Source: Minisyncoccota bacterium
GTDB lineage: Bacteria; Patescibacteriota; Minisyncoccia; Phycocordibacterales; DATDWN01
Direction: 5' to 3'
NCBI GenBank assembly: GCA_041674105.1
Contig: JBAYWK010000001.1
Location: 167,114 to 231,113 of the forward strand
Length of the DNA: 64,000 nt
Position 1 is the stretch's first letter; each line of letters starts with the position of its first letter. Position numbers and translations under genes: made by a program. The notes beneath the pieces were generated by a model, which was not told where the DNA came from, searched no databases, and worked only from the letters and a program-made list of their open reading frames with translations. Positions 47,401-57,169 of the stretch are shown here, one piece after another.

Positions 47401-47867
47401 TTGACCAAAATGTTTTAGATAATATGTCCAAAACTAGAGAAATTGTTTCAAAAGCTTTAGATCTGAGACAAGCTTCAGGTATAAAAGTAAGACAACCATT
47501 AGCATCTTTGATTGTAGAGGATAATTTATCAGAAGAATTTTTTAATATAATTGCTGATGAGGTTAATGTTAAGAAGGTCAGCCCTTCTCCAAGCCCGTCT
47601 CAGGAAAATTTTGAAATGTTTTTAGATACAAATATAACAGACGATCTTTTTGAAGAAGGCTTAGCTAGAGAGATAATAAGAGAGATTCAGGATTTAAGGA
47701 AAAAGGAAAATTTTGACCCAAATCAAAAAGTAAAAATAAAATTACTATCTGATAAAAAAACAAAAAATATCTTTGATAAATATCTTGAGATGATATCTAA
47801 AGTAACCCTGGTTTCAGAAGTTGAATATGAAGAAAGTGACGAAAGGTCTATTTCTGTCATAGTTTAA
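44424..47867 (+). CDS. ileS: Isoleucine--tRNA ligase (IleRS2-type) with inserted histidine phosphatase domain
   Basis: DGPPFATGLPHYGH, GWDCHGLP, WTTTPWTL, EGLDQTRGWFY, KMSKS; insert RHAES...SPFLRT...VSHG. Confidence 0.95.
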   Translation: MKEEESNKSEVVQKEEKILDFWQKNKIFEKTLEKENPEGNFVFFDGPPFATGLPHYGHILPGTVKDLIPRYQTMKGKKVLRRWGWDCHGLPIENLIEKELGLSSKRDIEKYGVEKFNLAARNAVFRYRDEWKKIIPRSGRWVDMENDYRTMDSTYTESVWWSFKNLYDKKLIYKDFKTMHICPHCETTLSNLEVSQGYKDITDISVYVKVKLLDEENTFALIWTTTPWTLPGNVALAVNPDFDYVKAKKGDVFFILLKDLALKVLKDNYEIVDEFKGKKLVGKSYEPIFSYYKNSNLDNLENAWKIYDADFVDVETGTGIVHIASAFGEDDMNLGKKNELPFIQHVGMDGTFKEEVSFLAGQKVKPIEDHQKSDVEIIKYLAKEGSLFAKEKIIHSYPHCWRCATPLLNYATSSWFVKVTLLKDKMIDLNNKINWKPAFIGEGRFGNWLEGARDWSISRGRFWGAPLPVWENESEERFVIGSVEDLKNYIGRKNKYFLMRHAESEDNAHGNLINSKDTTINPLTEEGISQAKASVKNLKDKKIDLIIHSPFLRTKQTSQIIAEELGIPKESVLEEEKIVELQAGEYDRKSWEEFIENFSSIKEKFEKNIGEAESWEDVRKRSMSFIYDIDSKYEGKNILIVSHGAPLNLIMMGSRGFSTNQMIKYFHSDIFSNAEIKECDFVSLPHNEKYEIDLHRPYIDDVVLKDKKGNLLKRVPEVFDTWYDSGSMSFAQQHYPFENKELFESKNNSLFPADFIAEGLDQTRGWFYTLLVLGTGLFNKSPYNSVIVNGLVLAEDGRKMSKSLKNYPDPMDIINKYGADALRYYLMSSSVVRTEDLNFSEKGVDEIYKKLIQKIYNVLSFYQMYSTDYVSVYEKSSNVLDQWIVYRLKELLDTVTKHLDSYEIEKAARPIMDFVEDLSTWYIRRSRERFKSDNFQDRKDVSDTTSYILKELSKIMAPITPFIAEEVYLEITKGLKKESVHLEKWPNLKEIVIDQNVLDNMSKTREIVSKALDLRQASGIKVRQPLASLIVEDNLSEEFFNIIADEVNVKKVSPSPSPSQENFEMFLDTNITDDLFEEGLAREIIREIQDLRKKENFDPNQKVKIKLLSDKKTKNIFDKYLEMISKVTLVSEVEYEESDERSISVIV

Positions 47868-48451
47868 TGTCTTATCATATATATACAACAGCTGGTATAG
47901 TTTTGAAAAAGAATCATTTTAATGAGGCTAATTCTTTGTTCTATATCTTAACAGAAGATTTGGGACTAATAATTGCTTCTGCTCAAGGGGTTAGACTCCA
48001 GTCTTCAAAGTTAGGTAGTTCTTTGCAGGAATTTTCTTTAGTAACCCTTTCTTGTGTTAAAGGTAAAGGGGGTTGGAAAATAACAAACTCTATAGCCAGA
48101 GAAAATTTTTTCTTTGATAAACCTATTTATGTTCAGAAATTCATTACGAATTTGTCTAGAGTTTTAATTCGTATGATGCCAGGAGAAGAAAATAACCAAG
48201 ATATTTTTTATTTAGTTGAAGGATCTTTTTCTTGGTTAAAGAATTTGAGCAAGGAAAGTATAGATTCGTTTGAGATACTTTGCAATTTAAGGGTTTTACA
48301 TAACCTGGGGTATGTGGATAGAAACCCTGGTACAGAAGTATTTTTGGGATCTTCGGATAAATGGGACGAGCTATTACTCTGCAAGGTTTTAAAAAATAAA
48401 AATCTCCTGTTGGGCTATATAAATAAAGGTTTGAAAGAAAGCCATTTGTGA
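47867..48451 (+). CDS. recO: DNA repair protein RecO (short CPR form)
   Basis: GIVLKK..FNEAN...LTEDLGLI.A.AQGVR...SKL. Confidence 0.8.
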   Translation: MSYHIYTTAGIVLKKNHFNEANSLFYILTEDLGLIIASAQGVRLQSSKLGSSLQEFSLVTLSCVKGKGGWKITNSIARENFFFDKPIYVQKFITNLSRVLIRMMPGEENNQDIFYLVEGSFSWLKNLSKESIDSFEILCNLRVLHNLGYVDRNPGTEVFLGSSDKWDELLLCKVLKNKNLLLGYINKGLKESHL

Positions 48452-48465
48452 TATAATTGTTGAGT

Positions 48466-50358
48466 ATGGAATTTGATAAAAGTCGTATAGAAAGATTAAA
48501 AAGATCTCTTTATTCAAGAGACGAATCCTTGGTCCCAAAAGAAAAACGCACTCCAGTTAGAGAAGAAGAATTTTCTGCGCCGAAAAATTGGGGAGATGAT
48601 CGTTCTTTTGAATTTTCAACAGAAGAAATGTCTAAAAAAAATAACTCTTTTTTCAACAAATTTTTTGCCTTCTCTCTTCTATTTTTTGTTATATCAATTG
48701 GGTTGGCTGGTTTTATATTTTTTGGAGGATTAAATCTCATTTCTTCAAACAATGTTGATATAAAAGTCGTTGGTCCTAGTACGGTTGCATCTGGGGAAGA
48801 ACTAGATTTTGTGGTATCTGTAGTAAATCAAAATAGAACTGATTTGGATGAAGTTACACTATCTTTGGAATATCCAGAAGGGACTCGTTTAGCCGGAGAT
48901 AATGGAGAACCTATTGTCAGAGATAAGATAGATTTGGGAACTTTAGAAAAAGGAAAAACAAAAGATTCGTCTTTCAGGGTCTCTGTATTTGGTGAAAAGG
49001 ATTCTATAAGACCTATAGTGATGAAAGTTAATTACCGCGTTTCTGGTTCAAATGCTGTGTTCTCTAAAGAGAAAACATATGAAATTGTCATAAACTCTTC
49101 TCCTATTCTCTTAAAAGTAAATTACCCTAAAGAAGTAAATTCTGGGCAGCCTATTACTCTTTCATTGGACGTAACTTCAAATTCAATTGTGCCGGTTGAA
49201 AATACTTTACTAAAAATAGAGTATCCTTATGGTTTTTCTTATAAAGAGTCTAGTTTAAAACCAGTTAGAGATGATTCGGTTTGGAATTTGGGAACAATGA
49301 AAGATGGAGATAAGAAGACTTTGAAAGTGACCGGTGTTTTGATAGGACAAGATTTAGAAGACCGGTCTTTTAGAATATCAGTTGGAAGTCAGAATAACTC
49401 AGTCGGAGAATTTGATACAGATTTAGCTGTGGAACAGGCTACTGTCGGTATCAGAAAATCTTTTTTTAACCTTGGTATAAAATCAACTAGCGAATTTTAT
49501 AATGTAGGGGAGACTGCATTTATGGATGTATCTTGGCAAAATACTTTACCAGAGAAATTATCAAACAATCGTATAGAGATAGTTTTGTCTGGAAATGCGT
49601 TTGACCGCAACGGTGTTTCTGCTGTAACAGGTGGTTATTATAGGTCATTGGATAGCAGTATTATATGGGATAAAAATACTACGCCACTTTTTGGTGAGTT
49701 AGTCTCAGGTAGTTCTGGTAAGGTATCTTTTTCTGTTAAACCTTTATCTGATATTTCCAATATAAGAAATATTAAAAATCCACATATAGATATGAAAGTT
49801 ACTATGCTCGGAGATAGGTCTAACAGTGGAGAAACAATCTCTTCGACAGAAGATGTCTCTGTTAAATTTTCTACTTTATTAAATTTAACTTCTAGAGTGT
49901 ACAGGTCTTTTACTGGTATGCAGAACAGTGGGCCTATTCCTCCCAAGGCTGATGTTGAATCAACATATACTATTTCTTGGACACTAACCAATACTGTTAA
50001 TGATACTTCAGATGTTTCTATTTCAGCTCAATTACCAGTATATGTTTCTTGGAAAGGGGAAACTTCTCCAAATACAGAGAGTATAAGTTATGATCCAAGT
50101 ACCCGTAAGGTTATATGGAATGTTGGAAATGTCTCTTTTGGAACAGGTTTTGTATACTCTCCAAAGCAAGTCTCTTTTAAGGTCGGATTAATTCCAAGCG
50201 TTAACCAGGTTGGATCTAGTCCTGAGATCCTTTTCCCTTCGACGATTTCTGGTAAAGATTTGTATACAGGTAAAAACCTATCAGGCAGCACTTCTTCTGT
50301 GAACACCTTTTTCTCTGACTTAAGCTTTAAGCCAGGAGATGAAAAGGTTGTTAATTAG
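48466..50358 (+). CDS. Membrane-anchored beta-sandwich repeat protein (DUF11-like)
   Basis: TM near N-terminus; repeated YP.GF/WNLG motifs; GPIPPK. Confidence 0.7.
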   Translation: MEFDKSRIERLKRSLYSRDESLVPKEKRTPVREEEFSAPKNWGDDRSFEFSTEEMSKKNNSFFNKFFAFSLLFFVISIGLAGFIFFGGLNLISSNNVDIKVVGPSTVASGEELDFVVSVVNQNRTDLDEVTLSLEYPEGTRLAGDNGEPIVRDKIDLGTLEKGKTKDSSFRVSVFGEKDSIRPIVMKVNYRVSGSNAVFSKEKTYEIVINSSPILLKVNYPKEVNSGQPITLSLDVTSNSIVPVENTLLKIEYPYGFSYKESSLKPVRDDSVWNLGTMKDGDKKTLKVTGVLIGQDLEDRSFRISVGSQNNSVGEFDTDLAVEQATVGIRKSFFNLGIKSTSEFYNVGETAFMDVSWQNTLPEKLSNNRIEIVLSGNAFDRNGVSAVTGGYYRSLDSSIIWDKNTTPLFGELVSGSSGKVSFSVKPLSDISNIRNIKNPHIDMKVTMLGDRSNSGETISSTEDVSVKFSTLLNLTSRVYRSFTGMQNSGPIPPKADVESTYTISWTLTNTVNDTSDVSISAQLPVYVSWKGETSPNTESISYDPSTRKVIWNVGNVSFGTGFVYSPKQVSFKVGLIPSVNQVGSSPEILFPSTISGKDLYTGKNLSGSTSSVNTFFSDLSFKPGDEKVVN

Positions 50359-50390
50359 GGTAGTTTTGAGGTAGTATACTGTCTATAAAT

Positions 50391-51719
50391 ATGGCAAAAG
50401 AAAATAAAAATGAATTAATGGAGAAGATTGTATCTCTTTGCAAAAGGAGAGGATTTATATTCCAAGGATCAGAAATATATGGTGGCTTGGCCGGCACATG
50501 GGACTATGGTCCTTATGGAGCTTCTCTTTCTTATAATATAAAGGAATTGTGGTGGAAACATTTTGTTAGTGAACAGGAAAATATTTTTGGAATCTCAACG
50601 CCTACAATAATGCCAGAAGCTGTTTGGAGAGCCAGCGGACATCTTTCTGGATTTACAGACCCAATGATAGAGTGTAAAAAATGTCACCATCGTTTTAGAG
50701 CGGACCATCTAGATAAAAAAAATCTTGAATCAAAAAAATGTCCTGATTGTGGTGGAGAATTGGGAGAAGAAAAGGCTTTCAATTTAATGTTCCCTTTGAA
50801 TATGGGGAGTAGTTCAGATAGTATCGCTTATTTGCGTGGAGAGATCGCTCCTGGAATGTTTGTTAATTTTAAAAATATATTAGACACAATGCGTCCAAGT
50901 CTTCCTTTTGGTATTGCTCAAATAGGTAAGGCTTATAGAAATGAAATAGCTCCAAGAGATTTTCTCTTTAGGGTTCGCGAGTTTGATCTTATGGAATTTG
51001 AATTCTTTTTAAAGGAAGAGGATTGGGAAAAGTATTTTGAGTTTTGGAGAAGTGAAATGTGGAGATGGGTAGAAAGAGTGGGAATAAATAAAGAAATGGT
51101 CTATGAGTTGGAGGTTTCTTCTGAGGATAGAGCTCATTATTCAAAGCGTACAATCGATTTTGAGTTTGAGTGGCCATTTGGAAGAAAGGAATTGTATGGA
51201 CTAGCGTATAGAACAGATCATGATTTGAAAAGTCATTCAGCTGGATCTGGTACAGATTTAAGTTACTTTGATGAGAGCACAAAAGAAAAATTTATTCCTC
51301 ATGTTGTGGAACCATCAATGGGTCATGGCAGAACAATGCTTGCTGTTCTCGTTTCGTCATACAGAGAAGATGAGATGAACGGAGAGGTAAGAAGTTATTT
51401 AGCTTTTAAACCATCCATTGCTCCTATCAAAGTAGCTGTTTTTCCACTTCTTAAAAATAAACCAGAGCTTGTAGAGAAGGCTCGTGAAATTTATAAAATT
51501 CTAAAAAAAGAATTCAGTTCAGTTGAGTTTGATGATAATGGTAATATTGGTAAGAGATACAGAAGACAAGACGAGATAGGAACTCCTTTTTGTGTAACTA
51601 TCGATTTTGAAACAATTGAAAAAGATAATGCAATAACTGTTAGGGATAGAGATACGGGTGTGCAGACGAGGGTGGGTACTTCAGAGCTTATAGCCTATAT
51701 AAAAGAAAGAATGGTTTAA
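50391..51719 (+). CDS. glyQS: Glycine--tRNA ligase (alpha2 type)
   Basis: LCKRRGF..SEIYGG, WRASGH, RNEIAPR, RAHYS, IGKRYRRQDEIGTP. Confidence 0.96.
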   Translation: MAKENKNELMEKIVSLCKRRGFIFQGSEIYGGLAGTWDYGPYGASLSYNIKELWWKHFVSEQENIFGISTPTIMPEAVWRASGHLSGFTDPMIECKKCHHRFRADHLDKKNLESKKCPDCGGELGEEKAFNLMFPLNMGSSSDSIAYLRGEIAPGMFVNFKNILDTMRPSLPFGIAQIGKAYRNEIAPRDFLFRVREFDLMEFEFFLKEEDWEKYFEFWRSEMWRWVERVGINKEMVYELEVSSEDRAHYSKRTIDFEFEWPFGRKELYGLAYRTDHDLKSHSAGSGTDLSYFDESTKEKFIPHVVEPSMGHGRTMLAVLVSSYREDEMNGEVRSYLAFKPSIAPIKVAVFPLLKNKPELVEKAREIYKILKKEFSSVEFDDNGNIGKRYRRQDEIGTPFCVTIDFETIEKDNAITVRDRDTGVQTRVGTSELIAYIKERMV

Positions 51720-51839
51720 CCTTGACATAATCTCTGTTTGGTAGTATAATATATCTTAACTTTTTTATTTTTTAAATTGTGGTATATTCACTTGGTATAG
51801 TCATGTGTCTATAAAAACGGCTTAAAATAAAGGTATTAT

Positions 51840-53108
51840 ATGAATTATAACCAAAAAGTGCTTAAAAATGGCTTAACAGTCATCACATCTCCTATGAAAG
51901 ATAGTCCATCTGTGACTGTTTTAGTTATGGTATCTGCTGGCTCTAAATATGAAGATAGAAGTATAAATGGAATATCTCATTTTTTGGAACACATGTGTTT
52001 TAAAGGAACACATAAGAGGCCTACAGCTTTTCATATTTCTAGAGAATTAGATAGCATAGGATCTCAAAATAACGCTTTCACTGCTCAAGAATTTACAGGA
52101 TATTATGCTAAAGCTCATCCACAATATTTAGAATCTATTATGGATGTGGTTTCCGATATATATTTAAATCCCACTTTTGATCCTGCTGAGATAGAAAGAG
52201 AAAGAGGAGTAATAATAGAGGAAATGAATATGTACGAAGATATGCCTCATAGATTGGTCCAAGAAGTTTTTATGGAAACTTTGTATAAAGATCAACCTGC
52301 TGGTTACTGGGTGATTGGAACAAAAGAAAATATTCTAAAAATTACTAGGGAAGATTTTTTAGCTTATAGAAAAAAACATTATGTGGCAGAGGGTACGACT
52401 GTTTTTGTTTCTGGAGATATAGACGAAGAAAAAGTTCTTGCTCTAGTTGAAAATTATTTTAGTAGTATTCCAGTATCTCCAAAAGAGGCACCTAAAAAAG
52501 TTGTGGAGAGTCAAACAAAACCAGAACTAAACATAAGAGATAAAGATACAGATCAAACTCATCTTGTCTTAGGAGTTAAAACATTTGGTGGGGATGATAA
52601 GAGAAATAGTACCTTAAGTGTACTAAACTCTATTTTGGGTGGAGGTATGAGCTCTAGACTTTTTCAAAAACTCAGAGAGGAAATGGGAGTAGGGTATTAT
52701 GTTAGATCTGAAACAGACGAATATATTGATCATGGATATTTAGCTATATCTACTGGTGTGGATACAAGTCGAGTTGTAGAAGTGGTAAAAGCAATCATTT
52801 TTGAATTAAAAAGATTTGTAGTCGAACCTGTTTTAGAGGCGGAGCTCAAGAAAGCTAAAGACTATCTGGTTGGTAGTACTTTTTTAGGACTTGAATCTTC
52901 TGATTCTGTTGCAGAGTACTATGCTATGCAAAAAATTGTTTCATCTAAACTTGTAACCCCTTCCGAATTGGCTTCAGAGATTCAGTCTGTAACAGCCGAG
53001 GAGGTTATGGAATTGGCAAAAGAGATAATGATTGACTCTCGTTTAAATATGGCTATTGTAGGAAATATAAAAAATAGAGAAGAGATTGAAGCAGAACTGC
53101 ATTTTTAG
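51840..53108 (+). CDS. M16 family peptidase (pitrilysin-like)
   Basis: GISHFLEHMCFKGT, NAFT, GGGMSSRLFQKLRE. Confidence 0.95.
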   Translation: MNYNQKVLKNGLTVITSPMKDSPSVTVLVMVSAGSKYEDRSINGISHFLEHMCFKGTHKRPTAFHISRELDSIGSQNNAFTAQEFTGYYAKAHPQYLESIMDVVSDIYLNPTFDPAEIERERGVIIEEMNMYEDMPHRLVQEVFMETLYKDQPAGYWVIGTKENILKITREDFLAYRKKHYVAEGTTVFVSGDIDEEKVLALVENYFSSIPVSPKEAPKKVVESQTKPELNIRDKDTDQTHLVLGVKTFGGDDKRNSTLSVLNSILGGGMSSRLFQKLREEMGVGYYVRSETDEYIDHGYLAISTGVDTSRVVEVVKAIIFELKRFVVEPVLEAELKKAKDYLVGSTFLGLESSDSVAEYYAMQKIVSSKLVTPSELASEIQSVTAEEVMELAKEIMIDSRLNMAIVGNIKNREEIEAELHF

Positions 53109-53149
53109 TTTTTTACAAATGGTGGACTCGGTGTTATTATATTAGTAAT

Positions 53150-54208
53150 ATGCAATCTAATAAACAAACATTAGAAATAAGCTCCGGTACAATAATTAGA
53201 TTTATATTAATTTGTATTGTTTTTTTTGTACTTTTCTTAGTTAAAGATCTAATATTGGTTGTTTTGATGGCTATACTTGTAGCTTCTGCTGTAGAACCAG
53301 CTACTCAATGGTTTGTAAAAAGGAAAGCTCCTAGATTATTAGCCGTCATACTTGTTTATTTGATGATAGCTTCTGTTATAATAAGCATCGTTTATTTTCT
53401 AATTTTACCTCTTTTAACAGACTCAACTAATTTTTTAAAAAACCTTCCTTCATACTTTAATGAAAAAACATTAAACGATATAAGCCAAAATGATTTACTC
53501 CAACCATTTTCCAGTCTAAAAGATACTATAAATGTTGGGGATGTTGTTAAAAATATGAATAGTTTTATTAGTAGCTTGTCTTCCAGTACTTTCAGTACGG
53601 TGTCTTCTATCTTTGGCGGTATATTGAGTTTTATTTTGATTATTGTTTTATCATTTTACCTTTCTGTTGACGAAAATGGTGTGGCTAAATTTTTAAGAAT
53701 GGTTACCCCATTAAAGCACGAAAAATATGTCATAAATTTATGGAATAGGTCTCAAAGAAAAATAGGACTTTGGATGCAAGGCCAGTTAGTTTTGGCTGTT
53801 ATAGTTGGTATGTTGGTTTATTTAGGACTGACTCTTCTTGGTGTTGAAAATGCGCTTCTTTTAGCATTTTTAGCGGCAGCCTTCGAAATAATTCCTCTGT
53901 TTGGACCTGTTCTGTCTGCAATACCGGCTATTGCTTTGGCTTTTGTAGATGGAGGAATAACTTTAGCTATTTTAGTAATGGGCTGGTATCTTATAGTTCA
54001 ACAATTTGAGAATCATCTTATATATCCTTTGGTTGTAAAAAATGTTGTAGGAGTGTCACCTATAGTTTCAATTCTTTCTCTTGTTATTGGTTATACCTTG
54101 GCAGGATTTCTGGGTCTTATCCTTTCTGTACCCATAGCCGCAGCTTTGATTGAATATTTTGATGATTTGGAAAAAGATAAACTCTCCAAATCTAAAGAAG
54201 AGATTTAG
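53150..54208 (+). CDS. AI-2E family transporter
   Basis: Multi-TM; IPLFGP, QQFENHLIYP, GLILSVP. Confidence 0.9.
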   Translation: MQSNKQTLEISSGTIIRFILICIVFFVLFLVKDLILVVLMAILVASAVEPATQWFVKRKAPRLLAVILVYLMIASVIISIVYFLILPLLTDSTNFLKNLPSYFNEKTLNDISQNDLLQPFSSLKDTINVGDVVKNMNSFISSLSSSTFSTVSSIFGGILSFILIIVLSFYLSVDENGVAKFLRMVTPLKHEKYVINLWNRSQRKIGLWMQGQLVLAVIVGMLVYLGLTLLGVENALLLAFLAAAFEIIPLFGPVLSAIPAIALAFVDGGITLAILVMGWYLIVQQFENHLIYPLVVKNVVGVSPIVSILSLVIGYTLAGFLGLILSVPIAAALIEYFDDLEKDKLSKSKEEI

Positions 54209-54211
54209 ATT

Positions 54212-55639
54212 ATGATTAAAACCTTTTATATAACCACTCCAATATTTTACCCAAATGCGAATTTACATATGGGTCATGCATACACAGTAACTGTCTGTGA
54301 TATTTTAACTAGGTACCACAAACTTGTAGGAGAAGAAACTTATTTTTTAACTGGTTCAGATGAAAACACGGGAAAGATTTTGAAAGCAGTAGAAGAAAGA
54401 GGTGAGAAAGTTTCAGATTATTTAGATGCAATATCAGAAAATTTTAAAAATTTATATAAAAGTTTGGACATTTCTTATGACCAGTTCATAAGAACGAGTG
54501 ATAAAAAAAATCATTGGCCTGGAGCTTTGGCTATGTGGGAGAGGCTTGTTTCTTCTGGTGATATATACAAAGCTACTTACAAGGGTTTATATTGTGTCGG
54601 TTGTGAGACTTTTTATAAAGAGAAAGATTTGGTGGATGGTAAATGCCCAATTCATCAGACAATTCCAGAAGAAATAGAAGAAGATAATTATTTTTTTAGA
54701 CTTTCAAAATATTCTGTTAAGATAAAAGAAAAAATAAGAAACGAGGAAATAAAAATTGTTCCAACATCAAGAAAAAATGAAATTCTTGCTCTACTCGATA
54801 GAGGACTTGAAGATGTTAGTTTTTCTCGTCCTATAAAAAATGTTCCACACGGAATACCTGTACCAAATGATCCAGAACAGGTTATTTATGTTTGGTGTGA
54901 TGCTTTAGTTAACTATATTTCTGCCTTAGGTTTTGGTAGAGATGATGATTTGTTTAAGAAATTTTGGCCAGCTGATGTGCATGTAATAGGTAAAGATATA
55001 CTTCGTTTTCACACTGCTATATGGCCGGCAATGCTTATGTCAGCCAACCTTCCTCTTCCAAAATCAGTCTTTGTTCATGGTCTTATAACTTCTGGTGGAG
55101 TAAAAATGTCAAAAACTTTGGGTAATGTTGTTGATCCTTATGATTTAATAAATCAGTATGGTAGAGATGCTGTTAGGTATTATTTTGCTAGAGAAATTTC
55201 ACCATTTGAAGATGGAGATTTAACTGTTGAGAGATTTAAAGAAAGCTACAATGCAAATTTAGCAAATGGCGTTGGTAATTTGGTTTCCAGAATAATGAAA
55301 ATGTCAGAAGATAATCTAGACAAGCCCATAGAAATACCAGAGTTTAAATTATCTGATGAATACAAAAAATATTTAGAAAATTTTGAAATAAATAAGGCCT
55401 GTGATCTTGTTTGGCAAGAAATAGGAGATATAGATAAGTACATTCAAGATAATAAACCATTTAAGATTGTTAAAGAAAACAAAGAAGAGGGAGTAAAGAT
55501 GATAAAAGAGCTTGTGTCTAAACTTTATATGGTGGCAACTCTTTTAGAGCCGATTATGCCAGAAACATCAGGAAAAATAAAAGGACTTGTAAAATTAAAT
55601 AAATCTCCAGAAAAGCCTCTGTTTTTAAGAAAGGAGTAA
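54212..55639 (+). CDS. metG: Methionine--tRNA ligase (no C-terminal OB domain)
   Basis: YITTPIFYPN..LHMGH, YVWCDAL, GKDILRFH, KMSKT. Confidence 0.96.
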   Translation: MIKTFYITTPIFYPNANLHMGHAYTVTVCDILTRYHKLVGEETYFLTGSDENTGKILKAVEERGEKVSDYLDAISENFKNLYKSLDISYDQFIRTSDKKNHWPGALAMWERLVSSGDIYKATYKGLYCVGCETFYKEKDLVDGKCPIHQTIPEEIEEDNYFFRLSKYSVKIKEKIRNEEIKIVPTSRKNEILALLDRGLEDVSFSRPIKNVPHGIPVPNDPEQVIYVWCDALVNYISALGFGRDDDLFKKFWPADVHVIGKDILRFHTAIWPAMLMSANLPLPKSVFVHGLITSGGVKMSKTLGNVVDPYDLINQYGRDAVRYYFAREISPFEDGDLTVERFKESYNANLANGVGNLVSRIMKMSEDNLDKPIEIPEFKLSDEYKKYLENFEINKACDLVWQEIGDIDKYIQDNKPFKIVKENKEEGVKMIKELVSKLYMVATLLEPIMPETSGKIKGLVKLNKSPEKPLFLRKE

Positions 55640-55739
55640 CTCAGTATTGTCTTTTAAAAAACGGATAAATTTTTGCTAAAATTTTCCTCGTGTTCGCGCC
55701 GTTGCACTCGCAATGTTTTTAAAAAACAATACTGAGTTA
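55637..55739. repeat. Long intergenic inverted repeat with GC-richer internal hairpins
   Basis: TAACTCAGTATTGT.TTTTAAAAA ... TTTTTAAAAAACAATACTGAGTTA. Confidence 0.65.
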
Positions 55740-55780
55740 TAATATGAGTACTTATTAAATAGTAGTGTTAATATTATTTT

Positions 55781-56584
55781 ATGGATTTTGAATATATAGA
55801 TATACATTCTCATCTCTATTTTCCAGATTATGAGCCTGATAGAGAAAGACAAATAGAAGAAATGAAGAAGGCTAAAATAGCTACGATTTCTATTGGCACA
55901 AATTTTGAGACTTCCAAAATGTGTATAGACCTTGCAGAGAAAAATCAAAACATCTTTGCTTGCGTGGGTCAGCATCCGGGTGATTTAAATACTGCATCTA
56001 TTTTTGATAGAGATATAATTCAGCTGACCAAAAACAAGAGAGTTGTTTCTATTGGTGAGTGTGGTCTGGATTATTTTAGACTTCCTGTAGATAATAAAAT
56101 TTTGAAAGAAATACAGAAAAGTATTTTTATTGATCATATAAATCTTTCGGTTGAGACTGGTAAACCTTTAATGCTTCATATAAGACCAAGTCCAAAAAGT
56201 TTTGATGCTTATTTAGAAGCCCTAGAGATTTTAGAGAGTAAATTCAAAGAAGTTGGAGATAAACTAAAAGGCAACGCACATTTTTTTGCTGGTGATATGG
56301 ATATTCTTAAAAGATTTTTGAATATTGGTTTTACAGCATCTTTTACAGGGGTTATTACTTTTGTAAAAGATTATGATGAATTTATAAAATATATTCCAAA
56401 TGAAAAGATAATGTCAGAAACAGATTCTCCTTTTGTGGCCCCAAATCCTTACAGAGGGCAGAGAAATTCTCCTTTATATATACCAGAGGTAGTAAAGAGA
56501 ATAGCCGAGATAAAAAGTGAGCCATTGGAAAAGGTAAAAAAAGCCTTAGTAGATACCGCTATTTCCTCTTTTGGTCTTATTTAG
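55781..56584 (+). CDS. tatD: TatD family hydrolase
   Basis: IDIHSHL, GQHP, IGECGLDY, LHIR, SETDSPF. Confidence 0.93.
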   Translation: MDFEYIDIHSHLYFPDYEPDRERQIEEMKKAKIATISIGTNFETSKMCIDLAEKNQNIFACVGQHPGDLNTASIFDRDIIQLTKNKRVVSIGECGLDYFRLPVDNKILKEIQKSIFIDHINLSVETGKPLMLHIRPSPKSFDAYLEALEILESKFKEVGDKLKGNAHFFAGDMDILKRFLNIGFTASFTGVITFVKDYDEFIKYIPNEKIMSETDSPFVAPNPYRGQRNSPLYIPEVVKRIAEIKSEPLEKVKKALVDTAISSFGLI

Positions 56585-56636
56585 GTCAAAAAATTTATAT
56601 TTGCCATAGAAGGACTTTTATGATAGTCTAACCGGT

Positions 56637-57158
56637 ATGGAAAAAGAAGAAAAAACCAAAGAGAAAGGTAGTGATATGACCGTTTACGAAGTGTCATATT
56701 TGCTTCTTCCGTCCCTTGCTTTAGAGCAAGTTCCTGCTGTTGTTGGGGAAATCAAAAACTCAATAAATACAGCAGGCGGTGAGGTTGTTTCAGGCGAAGA
56801 TCCGATTTTGATTGATCTCGCTTATACAATGACAAAAATTGTTCAGACCCAAAGATACAAGTGTGATTCAGGTTACTTTGGCTGGACAAAATTTGAACTA
56901 ACTGCGGATGGTATGGAGGCGGTGAAAAAGGCACTAGACGCAAATGATAATATCCTGCGATATTTATTAGTAAAGACAGTAAAAGAAAATACTCTTTTGC
57001 AAGGTAAAATGATGCTTAAGAAGGAAGATGTAAAGAGGGAATATTCAGAAGAAACTATTGAAGACTCTGATGAGGTTTCAGAATCAGAACCAGAATCAGA
57101 TAAGGTTTCAGAAGAGGGGGATATAGACAAAAGTATAGATGATCTTGTTATTAATTAA
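56637..57158 (+). CDS. rpsF: 30S ribosomal protein S6 (acidic C-terminal tail)
   Basis: YEVSYLL, LAY, ILRYLLVK; first gene of rpsF-ssb-rpsR. Confidence 0.88.
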   Translation: MEKEEKTKEKGSDMTVYEVSYLLLPSLALEQVPAVVGEIKNSINTAGGEVVSGEDPILIDLAYTMTKIVQTQRYKCDSGYFGWTKFELTADGMEAVKKALDANDNILRYLLVKTVKENTLLQGKMMLKKEDVKREYSEETIEDSDEVSESEPESDKVSEEGDIDKSIDDLVIN

Positions 57159-57169
57159 TAAAAAAGATT

